A stretch of DNA of 64,000 bases, taken from an uncultured Verrucomicrobiae bacterium (GTDB lineage: Bacteria > Verrucomicrobiota > Verrucomicrobiia > Limisphaerales > UBA8199). Below the pieces are notes generated by a model, which was given only the letters and a program-made list of their open reading frames with translations, made no database searches and was not told where the DNA came from. The stretch covers positions 198,638 to 262,637 of the forward strand of contig CAWELO010000002.1 of assembly GCA_963809845.1 (NCBI GenBank), read 5' to 3'. Made by a program: the position numbers and the translations under genes. This document shows positions 10,856-20,336 of the stretch, piece after piece (position 1 is the stretch's first letter; each line of letters starts with the position of its first letter).

Positions 10856-11971
10856 CTAATTTGAAGTTGTTGCCGTGGCGTATATGAGACCGCCGCCGCG
10901 AGGGATGACGATGGAAATGGTGGCGGTGCTGGCGGCCAAGGAACCGGTGGTGTTGAGGCCAGTGGCGCTAACGCCGCGCGTTGGCCGGCTTCACACCCAC
11001 AGTGATGAGTGAGTTCAATGGCAGATTGGCGCAATTCACCACGACAGAAATGGGATTGTTCTGTTGCGCAGAAAGTACGGCATCAGGGGTGAAGAGGACG
11101 CCAGTAGGCGATGGGGAGACGGGAACTCCGCCGACGCTTGTCACAGTCAATTGTGGCAACTGGCCTGTCGCGGGGATTATGATAAACTGCGACCCCTGGC
11201 CGATAGTTCCGTGGGCGCCTCCGCTGTAGCCGTTTTGGTAAGCGTCAAATCTAACCCTGCCATCGCCTCCACCACTACTTCTTCCAAGCGGATTTATCCA
11301 CCCAGACCCTGTGATTCGACTGGCAACGAGCCTCACCGCTCCTCCGCTGCCACCACCTGACGTTCCATACCAGTTTGGACCCCCAGCGCCACCGTAAGAG
11401 TTGAGATATCCATTCAGCGTGATGGTCCCTGATGCGGCGATGAGTATGGCGCCACCACCTCCCCCACCACCGCCGTCGCCCCCGCTGATTGTGCCACCGC
11501 CACCAGATCCACCGAGCAAGGGAATAAGGAAATCGTTGCCGTAATCTGGACTTGTAACTCTCCGCTAGCTACTGTCCCAGCCTCCCGGACCTATGGCCTG
11601 AAGCGCTTGGGCTTTTTCCGCTGCACCGCCCACCCTCCGGCAACCTGTACCTCCTTTGCTACCAGGCGAAGGGTTCCCAGATACATCCACCGTCCAGTTG
11701 ATCACAACATTGCCCTGCACAAGCCAAATCACGGGCGTGTTGCTCGCATTCGGAATGAACGTTATTGTGACCCCAATTGAAATATTGCACAGAGGTGTAT
11801 TGGTAAATTCCAGTTGGGCGGTCGCCCATATTGATGACGGTGTTCGTTGTAGGATCAGAACGCCCCATCACTGCCATTGCTCCCGCTGTTCACCTGCGCC
11901 CAGCAAGCCACTGGCAGCCAGCACCCAAAGATCACCACTGGCGTAAGTGCCAAAACTCGACTCATGTTCAT
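10856..11971 (-). pseudogene. Secreted glycine-rich repeat protein, tandem paralogue C (several frame changes)
   Basis: MNMSRVLALTPVVIFGCWLPVACWA signal, then family blocks QVNSGSNGSDGAF, GIYQYTSV, FIPNASNTPVIWLVQGNVVI, LLGGSGGGG..GGGGGGGGAILIAASGTITLNG, GRVRFDAYQN, GQLPQLTVTSVGGVPVSPSPTGVLFTPDAV, NLPLNSLITVGVKP, GGGLIYATATTSN*. Confidence 0.6.
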
Positions 11972-11995
11972 TTGCTTTCCTTTCGCTTTTCTCGA

Positions 11996-13226
11996 TCAGG
12001 GTCCGGTTGCTGCCGTCGCGTAAATCAACCCACCACCACGAGGCATGTTCAATGACACGGTCGCTGTGCTCGATGACTGAGTGCCAGTGTTGTTGTAGCC
12101 CACGGCACTCACGGGCGAGCCGTTCATCGGTTTCACGCTTACCGTGATGGGAGTATTCAGCGGAAGATTGGAGCACTGCACCACCATGGATATGGGATTG
12201 TCCTGCTGCGCCGAAAGGACCGCATCCGGCGTGGACAGGACACCAGTAGGCGAGGCGGATACGGGAACTCCGCCTACGCTGATTCACGGTCAATTGAGGT
12301 AACTGGCCTGAGGATGGGATAAGGATGAGTTGGAAACCCTCTTTGACCACGGCTCGGATTTGGCCGCCAAAATTGTTGTAAATGACATCCAATCTAACTC
12401 TGCCCAAGCCACCGGTTTCGAGGTTTCCACCACCACCACCTGAACAATCAACCTGACCGCCACCTATGAGTGTTTGTGAAAACAATCGGACACCTCCCCC
12501 GCTGCCTCCGCCCCCTGCAACCGAAATACTGCCGGGCAAAACGCCGCCCTGACCTCCACGTGCGTATATCGCTCCATCGATGCTGATAGCGGATGAGGCA
12601 GCAATTAAGATTGCGCCGCCACCGCCACCGCCGGGGGCGTAGAAGGAACCGTTCTAGTTGCCGAAGACGCACCACCTCCAGAACCGCCTAGCAGGGGAAG
12701 GAGGTAATCGTTCCCGTATTTAGAGCTACCGTTGGCGAACGGGACCGAACCACTGCCGTTCCACTGGGTAGGAATTGCACCAAATGCGGCAGACTGTCCA
12801 GAAGGTCCAGGCGCTCCTCCGCCGGGACCTTGCCCTGCAGTAGGTTGGGATGCTGCGTGTCCCCCAACATAACCTCCGGGTCCACCAAGTGCCCCAGCGG
12901 CTGTATAACTCTGCGCACTGAGACCTTGCCCAGACACGTCCACTAATCCCTTTATGATGACGCTGCCCTGCACCAGCCACGCGAGCGGTGTGTTGTTCGC
13001 ATTTGGAATGAACGTTACGGTCACGTTTATCGGACATATTGACAGAAGTGAATTGATAAACACCGCTGGGCCGCGTTCTCATATCAACGATGAGGCTGGT
13101 AGTCGGACTAAATGCGCCGTCGCTGCCGTCACTGCCGGTATTAACCTGTCCAAAAACCGAGAAGCCAATACAAGCAGCACTTATGCCGAATATTTGTTTG
13201 AGAAGAACGCCGTTTGCCGGTTTCAT
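11996..13226 (-). pseudogene. Secreted glycine-rich repeat protein, tandem paralogue B (several frame changes)
   Basis: MKPANGVLLKQIFGISAACIGFSVFG signal, then the same ordered blocks (QVNTGSDGSDGAF, FIPNANNTPLAWLVQGSVII, YGNDYLLPLLGGSGGG, GGLGRVRLDV, GQLPQLTV, NLPLNTPITVSVKP, GGGLIYATAATGP*). Starts 17 nt after the stop of paralogue A. Confidence 0.6.
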
Positions 13227-13243
13227 ATATGTTGGTTTCCAAA

Positions 13244-14465
13244 TTATTTGGGGCATCGCGTAGCTAACTTGCCGGTTGCCGCTGTCGCGTAAACAAGACC
13301 GCCCCCGCGTGGGATGTTCAACATCGCGGTTGCGGTGCTTGAGGCCAGCGCGCCCATGGAATTGTAGGCGACTGCGCTAACGGGCGAGCCATTTTGCCGG
13401 CTTCACACTCACCGTGATGGCTGTGTTCAACGGCAGGTTCACGCAACTCACTACGACGGGGATTGGATTAGATTGCTGAGAGGAGATAACTGCGTCAGGA
13501 GTGAACAAAACACCGGTTGGAGAGGCAGAAACGGGAACGCCGGCGATGCTGATGACTGTCAACTGCGGCAACTGGCCTGGGGAGGGGATGACCACAGGTT
13601 GGACGCCTTGAGTGAAAACCCCCCCAATGGAACCGCCAAAATCATTTTGATAAGTGTCGAAGCGGACGCGACCTAATCCACCGCTGTTGAAGGCCGCCCC
13701 TCCGACCGCAGAAATATGCCCAGAACCGACAACTCTGGAAGCAACCAACCTAACCGCACCACCGCTTCCGCATCCGTAACTAGTAGGAGGAACGCTATCG
13801 TTAGCCCCGCCAGCCGCACCGTGGCGTAAATTGTCCCATCGAGCTGGACCGTTCCTGCGACCGCAATAAGAATTGCGCCCCCGCCGCCCCCGCCGCCTCC
13901 AAGTGCCCCAGTGCTACCTTCTCCGCCTCCCCCCGAACCCCCAAGCAATGGGATTAGGAATTGGTTGCCATACGTCGGCCCGTCTCGCTCATATCCATTT
14001 TGATCGATTCCGCTGGCTCCGTAGGACCAGGGTCCTGCCGAGCTTCTATAAGGGCCTTGGCAACCCCGCCTGGCCCGTAACGGCTATGGGAACTGGACCA
14101 CCAGTCCCGCCTGCTTATCCGCCTGGTCCGCCACGCCTCCAGCAGAACCACTCGGCATTTCTCCTCCAGATACGTCCTACGGTCCCATTAATTACAACGC
14201 TGCCCTGCACCAGCCACACGACCGGCGTGTTATCCGCATTCGGGGTGAATGTCACGGTCACGCTGGACGGGATATTGACAGACGTGTATTGGTAAATGCC
14301 GTTCGGGTGGGAGGCCATGTTGATCACGGTGCTGGCCGCCGTGGGGTTAAATGCTCCGTCGCTGCCATTGCTGCCCGTGTTGACTTGGGCCATTGAGGCC
14401 CGGGTGATGGAAAATAACAACAAGAGACCGAGCGTGGTTTGGAGACGAGAGAGTGTTGTTTTCAT
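13244..14465 (-). pseudogene. Secreted glycine-rich repeat protein, tandem paralogue A (several frame changes)
   Basis: MKTTLSRLQTTLGLLLLFSITRASMA signal, then QVNTGSNGSDGAF, GIYQYTSVNIPSSVTVTFTPNADNTPVVWLVQGSVVINGTV, GGGGGGGGAILIAVAGTVQLDG, GGLGRVRFDTYQN, GQLPQLTVISIAGVPVSASPTGVLFTPDAV, NLPLNTAITVSVKP. Confidence 0.6.
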
Positions 14466-14822
14466 AACCCTGAGAAACCTTGCGCGGGCACTTGCCGTTC
14501 CAGCCCGCTGAAGGTCAAGTACAAAAGGCATTCCGTGCGCTCGCGCGTTGCTCGGCCTGCGGAGTCCGTTGCTGGCCTGAATACCGGGTTCAGGTTTGCG
14601 TCCTTCATTCCGCGCAGGCCAAGAAGCCCCTTCCAGTATTCGGGGGTCCTGATCCGAGTTGTGGCCGCGCATTTACCAGCGTTACGGCCGCCGCTGGCCG
14701 ACCCTAATGACAGGGATTTTCCTATGGTCGCGCTAATCGGCTTTGGAAGCTGCGTCGGTGAGGGAGAGTCGGGCTCTGGCCTTGCGGATCATAACCGAGC
14801 CATGGCAGCCGGACCGCGGGTG

Positions 14823-15458
14823 TCAATCACCAGCGCTTAATGGGCGCGCTCCTTCGCCCGTCAATCGCCGGCGCAGTTCGCGGGTTCTCCTCCGGGCTTC
14901 CGGCAGCACCCAGGAGGAGCGGTCGGCAATCCGGAGTTCCCGCGCCTGGCCAAGTCCCGAAACGGCCACTACCAGCCGGGGATATAGAAAGAGTCCGCGC
15001 GGACCGATGCTTTGAGCTCGAACGCCCTGGATTTGCTCCCGCGGAAGCGATAGCTGGATGGAATCGCCGCGAAAGGTCACGAGGGATTCGGTGACCGTCA
15101 GCCATCCGACATCGTCCGCGTCCTCGACCAGGGCACGGATTCCCGAGCGCAGTCGAGGGCGAAAGGTCACCTGCACGATAAACGCTTCCGGACCGGCCGG
15201 GGCCGCCGGCTGGATGGGGCGCACCAATTGAGCGACATAGGAGTTGCCGGAGCCGAACGGCAGGAAATAGGTGGCCGCGCCGATGGTCGCCGCCGGGATG
15301 GCCAAGGTCCAGAACCCGATGGGCAGCACGCTGACCACCAGCATGGAAAGGATCACCGGCAGCAGCAGCAAGAGGCCGAAGGCGCAGACGACCAGAATCG
15401 CCCGAGCGTTGAAGAGGGTGGCGGGCTTGTATTCGAGTCGAGCGGTCGCGGCGGGCAT
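14823..15458 (-). CDS. Hypothetical membrane protein
   Basis: 211-aa ORF with two predicted N-terminal TM helices (ILVVCAFGLLLLLPVILSMLVVSVL, WTLAIPAATIGAATYFLPF) and a ~120-aa soluble C-terminal domain. No family recognised. Confidence 0.5.
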   Translation of the reverse strand: MPAATARLEYKPATLFNARAILVVCAFGLLLLLPVILSMLVVSVLPIGFWTLAIPAATIGAATYFLPFGSGNSYVAQLVRPIQPAAPAGPEAFIVQVTFRPRLRSGIRALVEDADDVGWLTVTESLVTFRGDSIQLSLPREQIQGVRAQSIGPRGLFLYPRLVVAVSGLGQARELRIADRSSWVLPEARRRTRELRRRLTGEGARPLSAGD

Positions 15459-15613
15459 AATGGGAATGGAAATCGGCTCAACCGGGCAGGCTACCGGGGT
15501 TCTTCGAGGCGGGTTGGCATCGGCCGGTTCTTGTGAGTCTTGCCGCCCTGGCGGCTGGCATCCCCGAACATCCCCGCGAAATCGAAGCCGAGCACGAGCG
15601 TGAGGTTGGCAGG

Positions 15614-16924
15614 CTAGTGCTGAGCCGCCGGCAGGGCCAAACCCGGCAGATAAACCGTGAAGGTGGTCCCGCGCCCGATTTCGGTGTGCACATGCAACGC
15701 GCCTTTGGCTTCTTTGACCAGGCGTTGGACGATGTTGAGCCCCAGCCCGGTGCCGCTGCGAGGGCCTTTGGTTGAAAAATAGGGCTGAAAAATCTTGGGC
15801 AGAATTTCGGGCGGGATGCCCGGTCCGGTGTCACACACCGAAACCGCGAGCAACGGCGGCGCATTATTGAAGTTCTCGACGTTCAGCAACCGGTCTTGCG
15901 GGCCATCTTTGAACGAGGCAAGGTCCAGCGGCTCGGCGAGCACCTGGCCGGCGATGCGCACGGAGTGGGTGCCCGAAGCGGATTGAAAGGCATTCACGGT
16001 CAGGTTCAGCAGCACCTGGATCAAGTCCGTACCGTTCATGCGCACGGCCATGTCAGCGGCCAGGGGCTCGACGATAAAATCATGATTCCCACGGCTGGGG
16101 TGGACCCGTGCCAGGTGGCCGAGGTCGAGCAGGAGCTGGTTGACGCCGACCCGCGGCGCCTCGTCGGTATGGCGGCGCAGGAAGCTCAGGTAACGACGCG
16201 AGATCTCGATGCAATTGGTGACCTGCCGGGTAATGGTCTTCAACCGGTCCTTGATGAACTCGAGATCTTCGAGTTCCAGGCGGCTGGCATTGCCGATGCG
16301 CTGGTTGAGGAGCTGGACAAACCCGGAGATGACGGTGAGCGGCCCGTTGATATCGTGAATGATGCTGGCGTAGATTTCCCCCCGGGTATGGGCCATTTGT
16401 TCTTCGATCTTTTGATCCTGCAGTTCGGCCAGCAGATGCTGAAGCTGTTCGGCGTTGGTGTTAATCTCACCTTCGAGGGTGCGCCGCTGCATGGCGCCGG
16501 CTACCGCCGCCCGCATGGTCGAAACGTCGAACGGCTTGTTGATATAGTCGCATGCCCGCAAGCGCAGCGCCTGCCTCATGGTGTCCGTGGTCTCGAAGGC
16601 CGTCATCATCACCACCTCGACCGCGGGGGCGACGTATCGCAACCGCTCCAAGACCTCGATCCCCGACATGCCGGACATCCGGATATCCAGCACCGCCACG
16701 TCGATTTTATGAGCTTGCGCCAAGGCGATCGCGCTGGGGCCGTCATTGGCCAGGAAAATCTCGTAGTCGTCCTTGAAAATGACCTTGAGCGACTGCCGCG
16801 GGCCGTCCTCATCATCCACGATAAGCAGAGTACCTCTGCGCCGGGGCGGCACAACACTCTCCGTCGGCGCGGACAACGTTTCGATTGTTGGTACCGCAGA
16901 CATGACCACGGGCCGCAGTGGCAA
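15614..16924 (-). CDS. Hybrid response-regulator receiver / sensor histidine kinase
   Basis: N-terminal REC (LLIVDDEDG..DVAVLDIRMSGMSG), H-box SIIHDINGPLTVISGF, C-terminal HATPase (DTGPGIP..GTGLGLNIV). Confidence 0.85.
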   Translation of the reverse strand: MPLRPVVMSAVPTIETLSAPTESVVPPRRRGTLLIVDDEDGPRQSLKVIFKDDYEIFLANDGPSAIALAQAHKIDVAVLDIRMSGMSGIEVLERLRYVAPAVEVVMMTAFETTDTMRQALRLRACDYINKPFDVSTMRAAVAGAMQRRTLEGEINTNAEQLQHLLAELQDQKIEEQMAHTRGEIYASIIHDINGPLTVISGFVQLLNQRIGNASRLELEDLEFIKDRLKTITRQVTNCIEISRRYLSFLRRHTDEAPRVGVNQLLLDLGHLARVHPSRGNHDFIVEPLAADMAVRMNGTDLIQVLLNLTVNAFQSASGTHSVRIAGQVLAEPLDLASFKDGPQDRLLNVENFNNAPPLLAVSVCDTGPGIPPEILPKIFQPYFSTKGPRSGTGLGLNIVQRLVKEAKGALHVHTEIGRGTTFTVYLPGLALPAAQH

Positions 16925-17162
16925 CCTATCAGCCCACTGATTCAGATCCTGCCCGGCAGGGATGCATGATCCCTCGGGCGCAGCCGCAGGCGGAGGGTTA
17001 CACCGCCTGCCAGGATGGTGCCCCAGCCAAATCCGGCCAGCACGCCCGCATCATACGGAAACCCGCCGCTTAGACAAGTAAAAAAGCCCGCAATTGACTT
17101 CCCTGGCGCTTTGGCTTAGATGATTTCGAACCACTGCGAGAGAGTTGATGCGCCGAGTCGAT

Positions 17163-18317
17163 ATGAGCCTGACCACCTTTTCTTTTCCCACCCCCACGTT
17201 ATTTGGCCCGGGAGCCGTTACCCAACTTGCCGACCGCGCCCAACGCCTGGGCATCCAGCGGCCCTTGGTGGTCACCGATTCCGGCCTGCTTCGCACCCCC
17301 GCTTTTCATAGCCTGGCGGCGGCCTTGGGTGCGGCGGGCCAGGGCCAGACGTGGTTCGTGTACTCGGGCGTGCACCCGAATCCGTTGGAGAGCGATGTGC
17401 GCGAGGCTGCCGCCGCCTATAGCCGGCACCACTGCGATGGTATCATTGCCTTGGGCGGGGGCAGTCCCCTGGACGCCGGAAAGGCGGCCCGGTTGCTGGT
17501 CCAACGGCCGGCCCTGGACTTTAACCGGTTCTACGAGGAACCCCCTTGGGCGGCGCTGGCGCCGTTTGTGGCCATCCCAACCACCGCCGGCACCGGCAGC
17601 GAAGTGGGGCGCAGTTCGGTCATCACTCTCGAAGCCACCCATCGCAAGGCGGTGCTGTTCCACCCCGAGTTGCTCGCCAAATTAGTCATCCTGGATCCGG
17701 AACTCACGGTGGGTTTGCCGCCGGCCCTGACCGCCGCCACTGGCGCGGATGCGCTGACCCATTGCATCGAATCCTATACCTGTCCGGTGTTTCATCCGCT
17801 ATGCGATGGCATTGCCCTGGAAGGCATCCACCTCATTGTCGAGGCTTTGCCCCGGGCGTACCGCTGCGGCGGGGATTTGGAGGCGCGAGGCAAGATGCTG
17901 GCCGCCGCCGCCATGGGCGCGATCGCTTTCCAAAAGGATCTGGGCGTGGTCCATTCGCTCGCCCATCCGCTCTCCACGATCTGTGGCCTGCACCACGGCC
18001 TGGCCAACGCGCTGTGCCTGGTTGCCGGAATGAGATTCTGCGCGGCCCGCAAACCGGGAATTTACCGCCGGGTCGGAATCGCCTGCGGGCTCGATGTCTT
18101 CAAGGCGTCCGAGGCGGACGCGGATGCGGAGACGATTGCCTTCATCGCGTTGTTCCTGGCCGGTTTGGGCCTGAACTCCCGGCTCAGCGCGCACGGCGTC
18201 AAACCCGAGCACCTCGACGCGCTCATCGCCCAGGCGGTCCAGGATCCCTGCCATAAAACCAATGTCGTCCCGGTCACGACCGAAGATTTTCGCGCGCTCT
18301 ATCTTGAAGTGTTATGA
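17163..18317 (+). CDS. Iron-containing (group III) alcohol dehydrogenase
   Basis: ALGGGSPLDAGKA, IPTTAGTGSE and GVVHSLAHPLS..HGLANA metal/NAD motifs. Stop overlaps the ALDH start (18314). Confidence 0.85.
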   Translation: MSLTTFSFPTPTLFGPGAVTQLADRAQRLGIQRPLVVTDSGLLRTPAFHSLAAALGAAGQGQTWFVYSGVHPNPLESDVREAAAAYSRHHCDGIIALGGGSPLDAGKAARLLVQRPALDFNRFYEEPPWAALAPFVAIPTTAGTGSEVGRSSVITLEATHRKAVLFHPELLAKLVILDPELTVGLPPALTAATGADALTHCIESYTCPVFHPLCDGIALEGIHLIVEALPRAYRCGGDLEARGKMLAAAAMGAIAFQKDLGVVHSLAHPLSTICGLHHGLANALCLVAGMRFCAARKPGIYRRVGIACGLDVFKASEADADAETIAFIALFLAGLGLNSRLSAHGVKPEHLDALIAQAVQDPCHKTNVVPVTTEDFRALYLEVL

Positions 18318-19744
18318 ACCTCCCAACCCACCTGTTTTGTGACGGCGCCTGGCGGAGTTCCGCCTCCGGGCGGCGTGTTCCCCTCACCAACCCGGCCACC
18401 GAAGAAATCTTCACCGAGGTGGCGGCCGCGGATATTGCAGACGTGAGTGCGGCGGTCGAGTCCGCCCGTCGCGCGTGGGAATCCGGGTGGCGGGATCTGG
18501 CGCCGGGCAAACGCGGCGAGATCCTCTACCGGGTGGCGCGCGCTCTGCGTGAAAACCTGGAGTGGATTGCCCAACTCGAAATGCAGCAGATCGGCAAGCC
18601 CATCGCGGATGCCCGGGATGAAGCGGGCCTGGGCGCGCGCGTTTTCGAGTTTTACGCCGGCGCGGTGGCTCAATTCGGTGGCCAAACGATACCGGTGGCG
18701 CGCGGCGGTTTTGATTTTACGCTGCGGCAGCCGATGGGGGTGGTGGCCTGCATCGTGCCCTGGAACTTCCCGTTCCCGATCGCCTGCTGGAAGGCCGCGC
18801 CGGCCTTGGCGGCGGGGAACTGCGTCGTGCTGAAACCGGCGTCGTTGTCGCCCCTCACCGCCCTGGCGCTGGGCCAGGTGGCTCACTCGGCTGGCTTGCC
18901 GCCGGGCGTGCTCCAAGTCCTCCCCGGTTCCGGCGCGGCCATCGGTGAGGCATTGGCCACGCACCCCTTGATCCGCAAGCTCTCTTTCACCGGCTCGACC
19001 GAGGTAGGCAAACGCATCATGGAGCTGGCTTCCCGGGACGTGAAGCGCATCTCACTCGAACTCGGGGGAAAATCCCCCAACATCGTCTTTGCCGATGCGG
19101 ATTGGCAGCGCGCGGCCGACAGCTCACCCATGAGCGTTTTTGCCAATACCGGCCAGGATTGTTGCGCGCGCAGCCGCGTGTTCATCGAGCGGGCGATTTT
19201 CGAACCCTTTGTCGAGCGCTTCGTCTCCGCCACCCGAAAGCTCGTGGTGGGTGACCCGGCCCAAGCCGAGACCCAGATCGGCCCGCTGGTCGCCTCGGCC
19301 CAGCGCGACACCGTCGAGGGTTTTCTGGCGGAGGCTCGCTCCGGCGGGGCGAAATTCGTCTGCGGCGGTGGACGTCCCCATCCACGCGGATACTTCCTGG
19401 AACCCACGGTGCTGGTGGACGTGCCGAAGTCGGCTCGTTGCTGGCGGGAGGAAATCTTCGGGCCCGTCGTGTGTCTCACGCCGTTCGAGGATGAAGGGGA
19501 GATGCTCCGCGAAGTCAACGCCTCCCCCTACGGTCTGAGCGGTTCGGTGTGGACCAATGATCTTCGCCGGGCCCTGCGCGTCGCCCGCGCCGTCGAGAGC
19601 GGCGTCCTGAGCATCAATTCTCACAGCAGCGTCCACGTCGAAGCCCCCTTTGGCGGGTTCAAGCAAAGCGGCCTGGGCCGCGACCTGGGCCTGGCGGCGA
19701 TGGAGGGATATACGGAGGTGAAGAATGTGTATGTTGGGGAATGA
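18314..19744 (+). CDS. NAD(P)+-dependent aldehyde dehydrogenase
   Basis: 476-aa ORF with VPWNFP, FTGSTEVG, ELGGKSP and the catalytic-Cys region NTGQDCCARSR. Confidence 0.9.
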   Translation: MNLPTHLFCDGAWRSSASGRRVPLTNPATEEIFTEVAAADIADVSAAVESARRAWESGWRDLAPGKRGEILYRVARALRENLEWIAQLEMQQIGKPIADARDEAGLGARVFEFYAGAVAQFGGQTIPVARGGFDFTLRQPMGVVACIVPWNFPFPIACWKAAPALAAGNCVVLKPASLSPLTALALGQVAHSAGLPPGVLQVLPGSGAAIGEALATHPLIRKLSFTGSTEVGKRIMELASRDVKRISLELGGKSPNIVFADADWQRAADSSPMSVFANTGQDCCARSRVFIERAIFEPFVERFVSATRKLVVGDPAQAETQIGPLVASAQRDTVEGFLAEARSGGAKFVCGGGRPHPRGYFLEPTVLVDVPKSARCWREEIFGPVVCLTPFEDEGEMLREVNASPYGLSGSVWTNDLRRALRVARAVESGVLSINSHSSVHVEAPFGGFKQSGLGRDLGLAAMEGYTEVKNVYVGE

Positions 19745-19772
19745 TGCGTGATGCGTGATGCGTGATGCGTGA
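19741..19772. repeat. Tandem heptamer array (ATGCGTG x4 plus a partial unit)
   Basis: atg ATGCGTG ATGCGTG ATGCGTG ATGCGTG a, beginning at the ALDH stop codon. It is the inverted partner of 20302-20328. Confidence 0.85.
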
Positions 19773-19806
19773 ACCCACCCCGCGCCAGAACGTGGAGCTG
19801 TGCCGA

Positions 19807-20301
19807 ATGAACTATCAAAAGTGGGAAGAAACTGTTCCGGACGAGATGAAAGGGGATGCGGTCTGGAAGATCGAAGCGTATCGTCTCGCACTGTTCGAAG
19901 CCGAACTGTGCTGGTTCGACGTGACCAAGCTCATTAGCGATAAGCGGACCATCAGCCTTGGCGATCAACTCTATCGGGCTGCCGGCGCTGTGAGCGCCGA
20001 TATCGAGGAAGGCTACTCTCGAGCTTCAGGGAAGGACCGGGCGCGGTTTTATGAATACGCGCTCGGTTCGGCGCGTGAAACCAGGGGATGGTATTTCAAG
20101 GCTCGGCACGTCCTTGGCGCCCAAGTGACTCATCATCGTCTCGCCCTGCTCACGCGGATCATCAGGCTCCTTCTGACAATGGTTCCCGACCAGAGGAGTC
20201 GGTACCTGAATGAAACACCCGTCTCCTATTTTCCCACTGGAGACCCTGACGTTCCTGACTTTTCTTGCCCCGGCCTGCTCGAAGATGTCCCCATGCCGTA
20301 A
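19807..20301 (+). CDS. Four-helix-bundle protein (TIGR02436-like, the 23S rRNA intervening-sequence protein family)
   Basis: DQLYRAAGAVSADIEEGYSRASGKDRARFYEYALGSARETRGWYFKARHV matches the family signature. The track ORF starts at GTG 19762 inside the repeat; ATG 19807 (MNYQKW) is more likely. Confidence 0.8.
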   Translation: MNYQKWEETVPDEMKGDAVWKIEAYRLALFEAELCWFDVTKLISDKRTISLGDQLYRAAGAVSADIEEGYSRASGKDRARFYEYALGSARETRGWYFKARHVLGAQVTHHRLALLTRIIRLLLTMVPDQRSRYLNETPVSYFPTGDPDVPDFSCPGLLEDVPMP

Positions 20302-20328
20302 TCACGCATCACGTATCACGCATCACGC
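20302..20328. repeat. Tandem heptamer array (CACGCAT, ~3.7 copies), inverted relative to 19741-19772
   Basis: t CACGCAT CACGTAT CACGCAT CACGC immediately after the four-helix-bundle stop codon. It is the reverse complement of ATGCGTG with one mismatch. Confidence 0.85.
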
Positions 20329-20336
20329 TCCTCCCC

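Noticed and set aside
12640-12660. Apparent in-frame TAG inside glycine-rich paralogue B (..GN*NGSFYAPGGGG).
   Set aside because: A single frame change placed just downstream of the TAG joins the two coding fragments without reading the stop, so it need not be a nonsense codon. This differs from the TAA at 8130.
10968-13948. GGAI-type motif (GGGGGGAILIA) recalling chlamydial polymorphic membrane proteins (GGA[ILV]/FxxN repeats).
   Set aside because: There is only one such motif per protein, no FxxN periodicity and no autotransporter beta-barrel. The resemblance is too weak to name the family.
19741-20328. Possible CRISPR array (short tandem repeats at 19741-19772 and 20302-20328).
   Set aside because: The units are contiguous 7-mers with no spacers, the two arrays are inverted copies, and no cas genes are present. 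They are reported as inverted heptamer arrays instead.
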